From assembly GCA_937874195.1 (NCBI GenBank), contig CALNBM010000015.1:1275-65274 (forward strand): 64,000 nucleotides of DNA. Direction: 5' to 3'. Under the pieces are notes generated by a model. It had not been told where the DNA came from and did no database searches. It saw only the letters and a list, made by a program, of their open reading frames with translations. How positions within the stretch are numbered: position 1 is the stretch's first letter; each line of letters begins with the position of its first letter. This DNA comes from an uncultured Clostridia bacterium. GTDB lineage: Bacteria > Bacillota > Clostridia > Christensenellales > UBA1242. This document shows, in pieces, positions 48,606 through 60,200 of the stretch. Position numbers and translations under genes: made by a program.

Positions 48606-50636
48606 TTAAAGACTTAATCCCTTTCCGTCACCTGACTTTCTAAGAACAATTTTATTTCGTTTACGAATATCATAATACATTTCTTCTTCATTAATTGGCC
48701 GTGGAATTTTATAGTACTCCCTAGGCTTTGTAATTGTGTATACTGGTACTTTATAACTAGGTGTAAATATAGATTTTAGCGGTGATTGTTGCAATATTGA
48801 AACAATACACTCACCGGAATTAGGTTTTAATGCAGCAAGTTCGGCAGGATAAATTAATGGACGAGTGTCGATATTTATTGAGGTGGTTGTGCTTGATTGA
48901 TCGTCTTTTTTGCCTTTGCTTGCTGAAACATTTTCTGTTTCCACCGTTATATTTCCGCATCGTTTACTAAACTCATCTAAAGAGTTTTGATCGTTGGACG
49001 CAATGAAAATATGGATATTGCAGTTATCTTTAATAGTTGAAGTAACATCTGAACCATACTTAATATGTAACTGTGCATACGATTGCAAAATAAGCGTAAA
49101 GTAAATTCGTCTCGAACGAGCCACAGTTATAATAGTATCAAAGTTTTCAATTTTAGGCATATTACCAAATTCATCTAATATAAAAAAAACATCTCTGGAA
49201 AGCGAACCACCTCGACGGTTTGCCACATCAACTAAAATCTTATATAGTTGAGAAATAAACATAGTTGCTATTGGATGTCGAGTTACCTTCTCATCAGGTA
49301 TTTTTATAAACAATACCGATGGTTTGTCTGCGAAAGTTTCTAATTCCATCTCATTAACGCTTGTGGCGTAACAAACGCCTGCATCACTAAATATACCCAT
49401 ACGATCAGTTACAATTCCCATATAGTTTTTAGCAGTTTTTTCAGTGTTAGACACAACTTGATTGGCAAGTTGAACAGATAAACTTAAATCACTTCGCCCT
49501 TGAAAATACTCTGTTATACTTCTAATAGGATTGTAAGCGTCATTATCTTTTAAATTCAAAATACGACTAAGGTTAAAAAAATTATATCGATCACGAGTCA
49601 TACCAAGTTCGGGATTTTCACTATCCTCTAACATTGCAAGCATGGTACCAAGTATTAAATCTTTTGCACCGCGTTCCCAGATAGGATCACTAGTGCTTTG
49701 AACGGGAGCAAGTGTGGTTGTAATATCTCTTAAATCTTCAAAAGCTTCGTTTTTAAGGCGTTGTTTAACACTTTCCATTTGAACTTTTAGCGATTCTTCG
49801 TCTGCAAAAGCCATGCCATCAAACTCGTACCATGTTCGATAATACTGTGTTGCGGTAAGAATTAACTTAGTGGTGCGAGGATCTACTTTTTCATGTACTT
49901 TAACTTCTTTTTTTAAATTTTCCGCACGCATGTTTAAGTCATACGCACGGCTCATTGGATTCCAGCAAGTGCTTTGAAAAGGTTCTTTCAAGTCAAAAAC
50001 CAACACTTTATATCCTCTGTCACGCAATTTTTCACTATGCCTACTGTATAGCTCACCTTTGGGGTCGGTGATAACCATACATGGACGCGCGTGACTTTCA
50101 CCTAAAATTTGAATAGTAGGATCTGCAAACTGAGTTGTTTTGCCTGAGCCTGTTGTACCAATAACTAGTGTATGAATACTCTTATACATATTTACTTCTA
50201 GTTTCTTTCCTATATATTCTGCTCTTATTGGAATTCCAATATTGTCTGAACGGCTTAATTGGTCATAAGTGTGAAACTTAAACTGACTGTCTTTTTTAAG
50301 TTTCTCAATCGATAGCCAATTAGTGTCAAAATACTTGCTTATCTTCCCCTTGGTTTTGACCTTGGCTCCGCTACTACTGCTTTTAGTAAGAGTAAACATA
50401 CCTTTCCCATCGCCAATAGAAAATAGTACAAAAACAAACGCCAATAGAAAACCTAACGCAAAAAAACTAAGAAACTTATCATTTGTAAAAAGTGATATAT
50501 CAAAAATAATATTATTATTAACGATAAAGCTTGCAAGTATATATGCACCAAAAGCAATAAATAATGAAAAAAGTATTAACATTAATAAAAAATGTATTAC
50601 TTGCCTAAAAAATGATGGTTTGTTTTTTTCTGCCAT
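48606..50636 (-). CDS. type IV coupling protein, VirD4/TraG family ATPase
   Basis: Track ORF of 676 aa with two N-terminal TM helices. Walker A is VIGTTGSGKTT, followed by ITDPKGEL. Walker B region is FFILDEFGNMPKI, followed by ILQSYAQL..KYG. AAAGGA RBS upstream. Confidence 0.85.
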   Translation of the reverse strand: MAEKNKPSFFRQVIHFLLMLILFSLFIAFGAYILASFIVNNNIIFDISLFTNDKFLSFFALGFLLAFVFVLFSIGDGKGMFTLTKSSSSGAKVKTKGKISKYFDTNWLSIEKLKKDSQFKFHTYDQLSRSDNIGIPIRAEYIGKKLEVNMYKSIHTLVIGTTGSGKTTQFADPTIQILGESHARPCMVITDPKGELYSRHSEKLRDRGYKVLVFDLKEPFQSTCWNPMSRAYDLNMRAENLKKEVKVHEKVDPRTTKLILTATQYYRTWYEFDGMAFADEESLKVQMESVKQRLKNEAFEDLRDITTTLAPVQSTSDPIWERGAKDLILGTMLAMLEDSENPELGMTRDRYNFFNLSRILNLKDNDAYNPIRSITEYFQGRSDLSLSVQLANQVVSNTEKTAKNYMGIVTDRMGIFSDAGVCYATSVNEMELETFADKPSVLFIKIPDEKVTRHPIATMFISQLYKILVDVANRRGGSLSRDVFFILDEFGNMPKIENFDTIITVARSRRIYFTLILQSYAQLHIKYGSDVTSTIKDNCNIHIFIASNDQNSLDEFSKRCGNITVETENVSASKGKKDDQSSTTTSINIDTRPLIYPAELAALKPNSGECIVSILQQSPLKSIFTPSYKVPVYTITKPREYYKIPRPINEEEMYYDIRKRNKIVLRKSGDGKGLSL

Positions 50637-50744
50637 GATTTTTTCCTTTTGAACTATTTTATAAGGATATCTTTAAACGACACTTTTAAGAATCGTTTTT
50701 ATTAATTATTAGTTAATTTATATCAACTTTTGCTCCAAATAAAT

Positions 50745-50805
50745 TTACTCATGGTTGTTGTAAACTGATTTATCGTGGATAAGAATTAAGTTTCCTCGTG
50801 TCATT
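50745..50805 (-). repeat. dispersed intergenic element, copy C (between the 946-aa gene and the coupling-protein gene)
   Basis: Reverse strand reads AATGACACGAGGAAACTT...ACAACAACCATGAGTAA. Contains a DnaA-box-like CGTGGATAA at 50774..50782. Confidence 0.4.
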
Positions 50806-50886
50806 TAAATTTTATAATTTGCAAGTATATAAATATATATTTTTAAATTTATAAAACTTAATATTTATGCTTTTGAAATTATAATA

Positions 50887-50919
50887 TTAGGGGCAGTTTT
50901 AAAACTAACATACCCCTAA
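50887..50919 (-). terminator. hairpin just downstream of the 946-aa gene
   Basis: TTAGGGG (50887..50893) pairs with CCCCTAA (50913..50919) around a 19-nt loop. On the reverse strand it is followed by a weak U-rich tract. Confidence 0.35.
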
Positions 50920-50924
50920 TTATT

Positions 50925-53765
50925 TTATTTCTTCATTGATTCTCCTAATTTTTTAAGAAGTTCACCTTGCGATTTTTGATCTTTAGTTGCTTGTTCGATA
51001 GCTTTACTAATTTCTTCTACCGACTGCATTCTCACGCCTCCAATCGCAAATTTTTTCTCAAGGTTACTTAGTGCAGTAGCCATAGCTTTAACACTGTCGG
51101 ACTTAATTGCTGTTTGTAGTTTATTTAATTCTTCTTTTATATTTGCATGTTCAAATACAGCATCAATTCTTGTTTCAAATTTACTTTCTATTTGAGTTTT
51201 AAAATCTTCAATAGTTATGCCGTTATTATCTAAATTATCAAGTACGCTTGATAGTGCAACTTGACTATCATCTGACAATGTTCCATTACTTTTTAATCCG
51301 TTCATAACTTTATACATGTCGTTAAGAGATTCTTCTTTTTGTTGTCGCGCTCTATTTACACCATCATTATCTCCTGAAGCTAACGCTTTTTGTTCTTTAT
51401 CATTAGCCCGTTTATATAAATCCGCAAGGTGTTGAAGACTATCTTTAGCTATAACAACTTCTTTGTTTTGCGAATCTCTTGTTTGATGAACTTGCTGTTC
51501 ATAGGACGCACTCGTAGCTTTAGCAGTAGCGATTGCATTGCTGCCTTCTACCGAATCAGCTATACTACCCATATTATTTTTAGATTTCTCTTCTTTTTTA
51601 TCAGATCTTGCTTTAGTATAATCTTTCGTGATTTGTTCGGTTAACTCATTTCTAGATGCAAATTCCTTATAAACAGCGTCAGTTCCTTGAGCTGTAAACA
51701 TTTTACCTGTGTAATCATTAAAAGCTTTAATAGGTGTAGCATTATTTATGTGCGCCGAAACCACATTTCTGCCTCTTGATTTTAAAGTTTCACCTTTTAA
51801 ATACCTTTTTTGAAGATTAGGATTTTCACTTACTGCTGCTTGTTTTGCTTTTAATGTGTCTGCTTTAGCACCCTCATAATCCCTATCCGCAATTTTAGAT
51901 GCATCTTCCGCAGCTTTGAAATCAGCCAAACTACTACTTCCGCTTCTTTCAAGATCATCTCGAATAAGTTCTTTTTCACCTTCATCTAGTTCGTTATAAT
52001 TACGCCCCCATATTTGTTGTGAGGTTTTGTTAAGGTCTTGCGTTAAATTTTGTTTTGCAGTGTCCATTTTTTCTTTAGCAGCAGTTTTTTCACTTAATTT
52101 TTGACTCTGTATTGCCTCTTCCTTCTCACCGGCAGTATTATATGCGAGGTCTGCCTGCATTTTAGCAGACATTGACATTCCAGCACCTATCGCTAAAGCG
52201 CCACCAGTGGCAATAACACCACCCACTCTTCCTGCAGTTGTAGCAGCTTTTTTAATATTATCATCAACTTCTTTTTTCATTTGTGCGCCTGACGACATAG
52301 CATCTTCCGCACCAATTAATTGAGAAATCACTCCGTTGAAGTTTTTAATCATTAAGCAACCCACTAAAACAACTAACAATTGGAATATATTATTATAAAA
52401 TCCAGCGGTAAAGTTCATCCACACGCTTGGTGAATTTTCTTTAAATATCTCTATTTTATTTATTACATTAACGATATCAAAAAATAAATTTAATCCCACA
52501 ACAGTTCCATAAGCACTTAAAACTTGACCTATAAATTTACCACGCCACTTTGAAAGAGCGCTTCCGTTATCTATTGGAGCCATTGCTATAATTGGCGGAG
52601 ATATAACAAATAATATAATGACCATATATAATCTCATAATCAAACCAAAACAAACAAAGAGCAAACTTTTAAGAGCAAACCATCCTGCTAAATACATTAA
52701 GAAATAATTTATATCATTAAGGTTATAAAAATAAAACACTGCTTTATAGTTGGTGTAATTTAAACCATCTCCTGCTTTAATTTGTGTTTTATAAAATAAA
52801 CTTCCATTATCACCTATTGCTTTAGAAGTCCTTAATGAAAAAGTAGAGTCTAGCCTGCTAGCTAATGCTTCGCCCCATACATCTCCTGATACATTTACTG
52901 TATCTATATTACTAGGCAATATAGCAATTGTTTTAAATGTAAATGATGGAGGAGTAGGTTTTGACGACCGATCTTCAAATTTTACAGCAAAATTATTATA
53001 AAATGTATAGAAATTGCCAAGAAGATAAACTGGTGCTTTCGCCAGTCCGGATATTTTTGATACACTTCCTTTATCAACACGATAAGAATAGCGTTCTTCA
53101 CCAACGCGTAGCTTAATTTCATAATCCCAATTATCAATCTCCATGAAATAAGGCAACTTTTGAAAGTTACCTGAACTTCCATGTCCATCTATAGCAGGAC
53201 CAGCGTTAACTAATTTCGATTCGCCCGCCCTAATAGGATTTGCATCATAAGCGGAAATTTTAAATATTTGCCCGCTTATTGTTGTCCCAGCATTTGTACT
53301 TGTGGCATTATCTAAAATTCGTAAAAGTTGATTTGATAAAATAATTCCCGCAATACAACTAATAGGTACAATAAGAAACATTACTAATGATTTAAGCGCT
53401 TGACTTATTATATTTCCACGCGAGTTTTTAGCACCTTCTGAAGTATATTCAATTCTTATAAATTGAATAATCGTAAAAAGAAATAAAAGAAGCATTCCAA
53501 CAATTATCAATGAAGCAAAAGCATCCACTACTTGCTTACTTTTAAAAATGTCTAATAAAATGTCGCCTTCAGTTGTGTTAGCTCCTGTTTTAGCTGATAA
53601 CCCTGCCAGTCTTCTAAAAACATCTTGAACAAAATCTAAAAGCATTAAAAGGACAGTGCCAATTTTATATAACATCTGCATAAATGAATTTATAAAATCA
53701 GCAAACCACATTAAAATCGTAGGTGCTATATATTCTATTCCAAAAGCTGCCAATCTTGACATCAT
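50925..53765 (-). CDS. polytopic membrane protein (VirB6/ConG/TcpH-like topology) with long coiled-coil C-terminal tail
   Basis: Track ORF of 946 aa. Four N-terminal hydrophobic segments are followed by a ~200-aa hydrophilic loop, then four or five more TM segments. The last ~400 aa are an Ala/Lys/Glu/Gln-rich tail. Lies immediately upstream of the coupling-protein gene. Assignment rests on topology and synteny only. Confidence 0.5.
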   Translation of the reverse strand: MMSRLAAFGIEYIAPTILMWFADFINSFMQMLYKIGTVLLMLLDFVQDVFRRLAGLSAKTGANTTEGDILLDIFKSKQVVDAFASLIIVGMLLLFLFTIIQFIRIEYTSEGAKNSRGNIISQALKSLVMFLIVPISCIAGIILSNQLLRILDNATSTNAGTTISGQIFKISAYDANPIRAGESKLVNAGPAIDGHGSSGNFQKLPYFMEIDNWDYEIKLRVGEERYSYRVDKGSVSKISGLAKAPVYLLGNFYTFYNNFAVKFEDRSSKPTPPSFTFKTIAILPSNIDTVNVSGDVWGEALASRLDSTFSLRTSKAIGDNGSLFYKTQIKAGDGLNYTNYKAVFYFYNLNDINYFLMYLAGWFALKSLLFVCFGLIMRLYMVIILFVISPPIIAMAPIDNGSALSKWRGKFIGQVLSAYGTVVGLNLFFDIVNVINKIEIFKENSPSVWMNFTAGFYNNIFQLLVVLVGCLMIKNFNGVISQLIGAEDAMSSGAQMKKEVDDNIKKAATTAGRVGGVIATGGALAIGAGMSMSAKMQADLAYNTAGEKEEAIQSQKLSEKTAAKEKMDTAKQNLTQDLNKTSQQIWGRNYNELDEGEKELIRDDLERSGSSSLADFKAAEDASKIADRDYEGAKADTLKAKQAAVSENPNLQKRYLKGETLKSRGRNVVSAHINNATPIKAFNDYTGKMFTAQGTDAVYKEFASRNELTEQITKDYTKARSDKKEEKSKNNMGSIADSVEGSNAIATAKATSASYEQQVHQTRDSQNKEVVIAKDSLQHLADLYKRANDKEQKALASGDNDGVNRARQQKEESLNDMYKVMNGLKSNGTLSDDSQVALSSVLDNLDNNGITIEDFKTQIESKFETRIDAVFEHANIKEELNKLQTAIKSDSVKAMATALSNLEKKFAIGGVRMQSVEEISKAIEQATKDQKSQGELLKKLGESMKK

Positions 53766-54221
53766 AGATTATGTATATCCCCCTTATTTTTAATCAAATG
53801 TAAATATATGATAAGGTTTTGTTTGTATAAAATTTCTTTTAAACCAATAAATCAAAGAAACACGCTTATTTTAACACTTTGCATTCTTCATGATTTTAAC
53901 TTAGTATGTTATATTTTACAAAAAATTATAAAAAAACACAAATGAAATTGTGCTATATTTAAATTATTTAAGGTTTAGGTAAAATTCTCTATAATTGATT
54001 TTAATTCAATAAAGGCGATTGTCGCTTAAATTCCTAACACAAATCAATTAATCCACTAACTTGAATTAATTATTTTAATAACTTTTATTGATGTTTTAAA
54101 TTTAAACATTTTATTTCTTTTTATTTATAATTTAATCTCTAAATAACCCATTTATGTAAAAGAATAAAGTTGTATATTATATAAACTAAATATATAAACT
54201 AAAACAATGTTGTTTTTTATT

Positions 54222-54250
54222 TTGTTACAGACGACAATTTATGATAAAAT
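54222..54250 (+). promoter_or_regulatory. sigma-70-type promoter (TTGTTA-17-TAAAAT) for the giant ORF
   Basis: TTGTTA at 54222..54227, a 17-nt spacer, then TAAAAT at 54245..54250. It lies ~24 nt before the GGGAGA RBS at 54274..54279. Confidence 0.45.
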
Positions 54251-54288
54251 AATTCATAAGAAAAATGAGAAATGGGAGAATAAATCTT

Positions 54289-57200
54289 ATGCAATTGAAA
54301 TACAAAATCAAACACATTTCAAGAGCAGTTGCTTTTGTTTTAATAGCTGTGCTTTTTACTTTCGGTATAGGAAATTTATCAAAACAACAGGAAGTTTATG
54401 CTCTTGTTGACGGAATAGATTTTGTTATTGCTAAAACAAGTCTTCGACAAGCAAATGCCCGCCTTAATGAAGAAGGCGGATATTTATATGCATATGAAAG
54501 TTCATATAATCAAACTTGGCAAGAAAATGCACTAGGCGAATATGTTTATAATGCTGAAAATGACACTTATTATTTTATTAAAGATTTTTCTTTATGTGAT
54601 GGTATGGGAAATTTAGGAGGGAAAACTCATATAAAAGTTGTAATAAGTGCAGAAACCACTTACATAATTCCTCTTGCAAATAATCGCTATACCAAAGCGT
54701 ATAATCATGGATACAATTACACTCTTTTTCCCGATTATGTGAAAAATAATACAGACGGAAACTATATTCTTTATAACAATCAATATTATAAACTTGTTTT
54801 TTACAGTGATATTAATATTTTTCAAGATGATAAAATCACACCAGCCAACACTTGGGATGAGGCAAGATATTTGGTTTTAAATGAGAATAACGATATTGTA
54901 ATCACAGGCAGTACTGACCGATACTCTTTTGAAAATGGAAAATTTGTCATTAACAACACAGCAGGCAGATATATTTACCACGATGCTTCTAATAGTGGAG
55001 TTGGCGAGTTTTATGAAATTATTTTAAAAAGCCATGTGAATGTTTTGGACGAATTTAACGAACCTGCCCAAGGTCTGGGGCGTATAGATTGCTGGAATAA
55101 CGCTAACTTCGTCAGTCACCCTGAAGGTGATATTTTAGTTGAGAAAAATCAGTCCAGTCCTCTTCACACCATGAGATATTCAGCAAAGCCCAGTGAAGAA
55201 TTTGTTGTAGACGGAAACGGAAAATATATAAATCAAAGTGGAACATACTTTGAAATTATTGAAGGAACGAACGGAAACTGCTTTAAATATTTAGGTGGTA
55301 ATTTTTCGCCCGTATCTGAATATCTTAACAGTACACATATTAGAGTTAACTTCAACGGCAACTTAAAGTATTTAGAAGTATATCCATCCACACAAACTAG
55401 ATATAAAAAAGTTTATAATACTTATTTCTATGATATCTTTAAAGCACAATCTACCACCGATGGCATTCCCACTGCTATGACTGCATTTAGATTTAATGAC
55501 TCAAGCTACCGCATTAAATCTGCAGATAGCAAAAGCGTTTATATTCCAACATATTTCACAGCAAACGAACTTGATAAGTTATATTATAAAACTAAAGAAA
55601 AAACAAATTTAGAAATCAATGGCGAATATTACAAGCCTGTTTTTGATGAAGTTATCGTAAACACGGCAGACCGTTCTAAAAGCATTCCAACCACTCCTTT
55701 TATAACACTAAATAATTACAAGGCAAAAACAAATCTAGAAAATAATTTATCCGTAACGGAGAATGTTGAAAATTTATATTTAAGTTTTGGCGATATTTAT
55801 TTGCCAAACAGGAATGAGTTTAATAAGTATATAACAAACTTAACTGTTTCTGCCACACTAACAAATAAATATACAAATTCCACCACTGGTTTACCAATTG
55901 TACTAAACCCAGTTGTGCGTCAGCAATCAATTTTACTTCCCGATAACGAAATTAGAAATGAGTTTTGGTATCAATATTTAGATGTAACAAATCTTGAATA
56001 TTACATAACGGGAGATACTGGCGGAAAAACTGCTCCTGTTATTAATCCTGAAGGATTATATACCTTCACATTCAATGGATTTTACCGACTAGGAAGTATC
56101 TATCAATCTTTTATGTATACTTATTCTTTCTATCTTTCTAACACAGAACAAGCGGTGGAATATCCTTTGTTTAATGAAAATGTATTAGAAAGCGTACAAC
56201 AAGAGAGACTAACCAACTTACAATATCCCACCTTTTATTATAACTTCCAAACTCTTGAACCACCCATTTATACTTTTGATGCTTCAAAATACAACACTTC
56301 AATAACAAAAACAATAAACCAAACAACTAACACTATTACTACTCAATTCAAAACAATTAGAAGAAACTATCAGGCAGTGATTCCTGTTCCAAACTTAATT
56401 GCAAATGAAATAGGAATCATCACATACTCTTTAAACAACACGCCTTATGAACGAGTTAAAATATCCGCGGAAGCAAGAGAATATGATATTTCTAATCCGC
56501 TGGATAAAACCAGTATACTCGACTTTGCGGGTGTGCAAAAATCGGGATTAGAAGATTTGATTTTTGTGGACGGAGATAATGTGAAAATGTTTGTGTATAC
56601 CTATATTTATAGAAAAGCAAACATTAGTAGCACGAATTACTTAGCAAACGATTATGGTGAGTTTTACCAAAAACTAACAACAGTGGTTTTTATAAATCAA
56701 GATGACTTAACTTCTACAACCACAATAATCAACTATAAATCTAATGATGTTAATAGCACGCAAGACTTTAGTTTCTTTAGCGCAAACGATATTATTGAAA
56801 AAGAAAGAATTATAGAAAGTATAACTCTCACTGAAAGTACAGAAAATAATATAAAAACAATCACTACTAATTCCACTTATGAATATTATCTGGGTTTGGA
56901 AAAAAATAATCCTTTTGATGGCCAACCTAACACAGCATATAATTCTAAAGAAGAAAATGTATTTAACTTTAAAACAACAAGGGTGAATGGTATTGATTTA
57001 GTGGTGGATAGCAAAATAATTTCTTCTACTAATACTTTATCTAATCAAGTGAACTTTAAAGATTATAGAAGTGTTGAAAACAATTACTTCGATCAAAACG
57101 GCAAATCTCAATTTTATTTTAACGCAGATATTATTTTAGAAGATTTAGGTGTTTATAATATCATTAATAAATACAACTTGTCCACTTCATTTAAAAATGC

Positions 57201-60200
57201 CACTAGCGATAACGATTTTTCTGGAATTCAAGACTATGCTATAAACACATATGCTTATGTTTATAACTTAAGAAAAGATTTTAAAAAAGAGGGAATAGAA
57301 GAAACTTATCCTTATCAAAAAAATGGTTACACCTTACATGTTTTCGGTGTAAAATCATATTTTAAGAAAAATGGCAAAACTGAATTTAAAAATGCAAGTG
57401 AAAATATATATTCAAATGTAACCCATGAAGTTATGAAAAGCAATCCTTCCTTTAATGAAAATTCTGTTGGCATAACACTGGAGAATGTATCTGGCAGAAA
57501 TTATCCAATTTCTAATATTCCAGTAACAAACATGCCACCTGTGTCTTTTGATTACCTTTGTTCTTATGCCTTCCAACCTGATAAAGTATTACCAGAATCA
57601 AAAATATATCAATATAACTTTGTGTATGACAATCTTGGCAACCCATATATAGTGGGCGCTCCAAAAACTTCCCACTTTATTAAAGACGATTTTCTTTCTT
57701 CTAATGGTTATTATGAAATAATACTTAAATATAAATATACTGCTTACAATCAGGTTAATGAAGAAAAATATTTTTATCAAGTTTTTGCGTTTATTATAGA
57801 TAACTCCTCGCCTTCTGTGAAATTTGAAAAATTAGTAACTATGCAAGACGAGAATAACAATGACTATAATATTTGGTCAACACTTAACAAGGCAGGATTT
57901 ACCAACAGTGATGTTCGAATCACTTGGAATAAAACGACCTATTTCCAATACGATGTTCAACCAAACATTCAAAAAAGTAATTTTAGCGGTATTGTTGTGG
58001 GCGTGCATGGAAGTAGTGTATATAACGGCGCCGCTGCTCCATCAAATTCGTTTAATACTCATGATATATCCTACAATTATAATGACGAAACAAAATATAT
58101 TCTGGCAAGCAGTGGTGCAAAAATAACTTATAAAAAGTTTGTTAATAGCCATGTGTATGAAGTTCCCGAGCTCACCTTAAAAGTTTATGAGAACGAAAGT
58201 AAGGGAAATATTATAAATTCTATTTCTAATCTATATCCTTCTAGTTTTAGAAACTCTAATCTAGTGAATGAAATAGAAGATTATATTACCACTGGCTATT
58301 ACTTGGAATACTCAGTTGATAAGTATATTATGCAAATGATTATCCCAAAAACAAATGTGGATGGTCCGGTAGACTATTGGGGTAGCGGAAACTATTCAAT
58401 TAGATTAAATTACGGTAGTGATGGAAAGTCTTACTTAACACAAGGCTTTTCTATTGACGCTCTAGATATTAACGGCATTAAAATTGCACCAGTTGATATT
58501 AATGCTATAACAAAAGTTTTAAGCGCTAAATCTTTCGTACAAGAACGATTAATTGCAGAACCTTTCACATTTATGTATAACAGAAAAGGCAGTGGTGCAG
58601 GTATTACAACCACCTACACCGCAATTCCTTTTTCTTCAATTTCAAATATTGATTTAATTAATTTAAACAATAACTTAACAGGAGTGTTAGCTAGCCATTT
58701 TGTTAACGGCACAAGTCCAAGCGTTCAGATAAGCAACTCATATCCTTATGATTATTCTTTCTATAATGCTGGCGATACTGTTTATCTTAGCAATATATTC
58801 ACTCCATCAACAAGCATGTTATATATATTTAACTTAAAAGATAGTGCAGGAAACACAGCTGAATTTTATGTTTTTTACGACAAAAGTAATCCTAATTTCT
58901 TTGTGGATTTAGAAAATGAAAATAATTATTTGCAAAATTATAATGTTATCACTGGTCTTGCAACTGTTTCATGGGGAAACTATAAAGCTATTGAAGTTGT
59001 GGGCGAAATTGATAACGAGTTTGTGTTTGGCGATAAAATAGACCATAATTCATCTAAATTAAGCAACTTACTCAAAAACATGTACTTGCAACCTGCTAAT
59101 TATTCCAATTCCATTATTGTTCCTGTTTGGGAACTTACGAGTGGACAATTAATTCAAGCTGAGGTTCGTACAGAAAATATAGGAGGCTACAATAAAGGTA
59201 GTTTAATTTACTACACTGATGGTGTGAATGCTTATATTGATGAGGGCTTTACAAAGCAAATAAACAAGCAAGGCGGTAATTTAGTTATTAAATATTATGT
59301 GTTAATGCCGATAGACAATGTTAATTTTGAATACTATAACACCAACGGCAGTAATAATGATATGAAATCTTTTAATTACTCACGCACCACATCATCTCCA
59401 ATTTCTAAAAACAGCACAGTGCTGGCTCCAACGATTGCAACGCTTGCGATTAATGCAGGTGTTTCGGAAAGTGAGATTAGAAACGACACTAGCCATTTAT
59501 ATGGTTTTTATGGCGAAAACAAATATATTTATACCATAACAGATATAATGGGCAATGAAAGTGGAAACACGCTATGGATGAACTTGGATTTATCACTGGC
59601 TTTTGCTTACGGAAATTTTATAAACACTAACAACACTCTTTCTCGAACTATGGCAATCCCTAACCTAGAACAGTTAACACCTTTTAACTCTTATTCAACA
59701 AGTCAATTATATTTCTCTTATTTGCAAGAACCTTTCTCCCCTCAAACAAAAGTGGATTATAAATTTTATAATTTTGATTTTGAATTTTTTTCAGATTATA
59801 TTGTTTCTAATTTAGCATATAACGATAGTATTTTCACTTTAACATTTGTTAAAAAAGACGATGCTAGCAAAACAAAAATTATTACCATTAATAGAAAGAG
59901 TTTAGGAAATATAAACGATGATGGCGATGATGTTTTAGAATCATTACCAATGTTCCCGTTTAGTTTAATACCTTCAGCAGAAACTGCGAGTTGGAAAGGC
60001 ATAGAAAAGAATAATTATCTTAATACTAGCGATCCGTACCGTGTTTATTCAACAATAATAAATCCAACTTTTGAACAAAACGAAAGTGGTACAGAAACTT
60101 ATGTGAAAAGCGCACCTGGCCTTTATGTTTTTAGACGAACATATACCGATTATATTAATAGTACAAACGGACGCGTGTTATCTTCTATTAGCGACCTTGA

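Noticed and set aside
50774-50782. DnaA-box-like CGTGGATAA (8 of 9 match to TGTGGATAA) upstream of the coupling-protein gene. Possible origin or DnaA-regulated site.
   Set aside because: It is a single box with no cluster, no adjacent AT-rich unwinding repeats beyond background, and no dnaA/dnaN nearby. It is part of the dispersed element, copy C.
54265-54267. Upstream in-frame ATG as an alternative start of the giant ORF (MRNGRINLMQLKY...).
   Set aside because: It has no RBS and lies only ~8 nt from the predicted transcription start. ATG 54289 has GGGAGA at ideal spacing. It cannot be excluded without experimental data, and the difference is only 8 codons.
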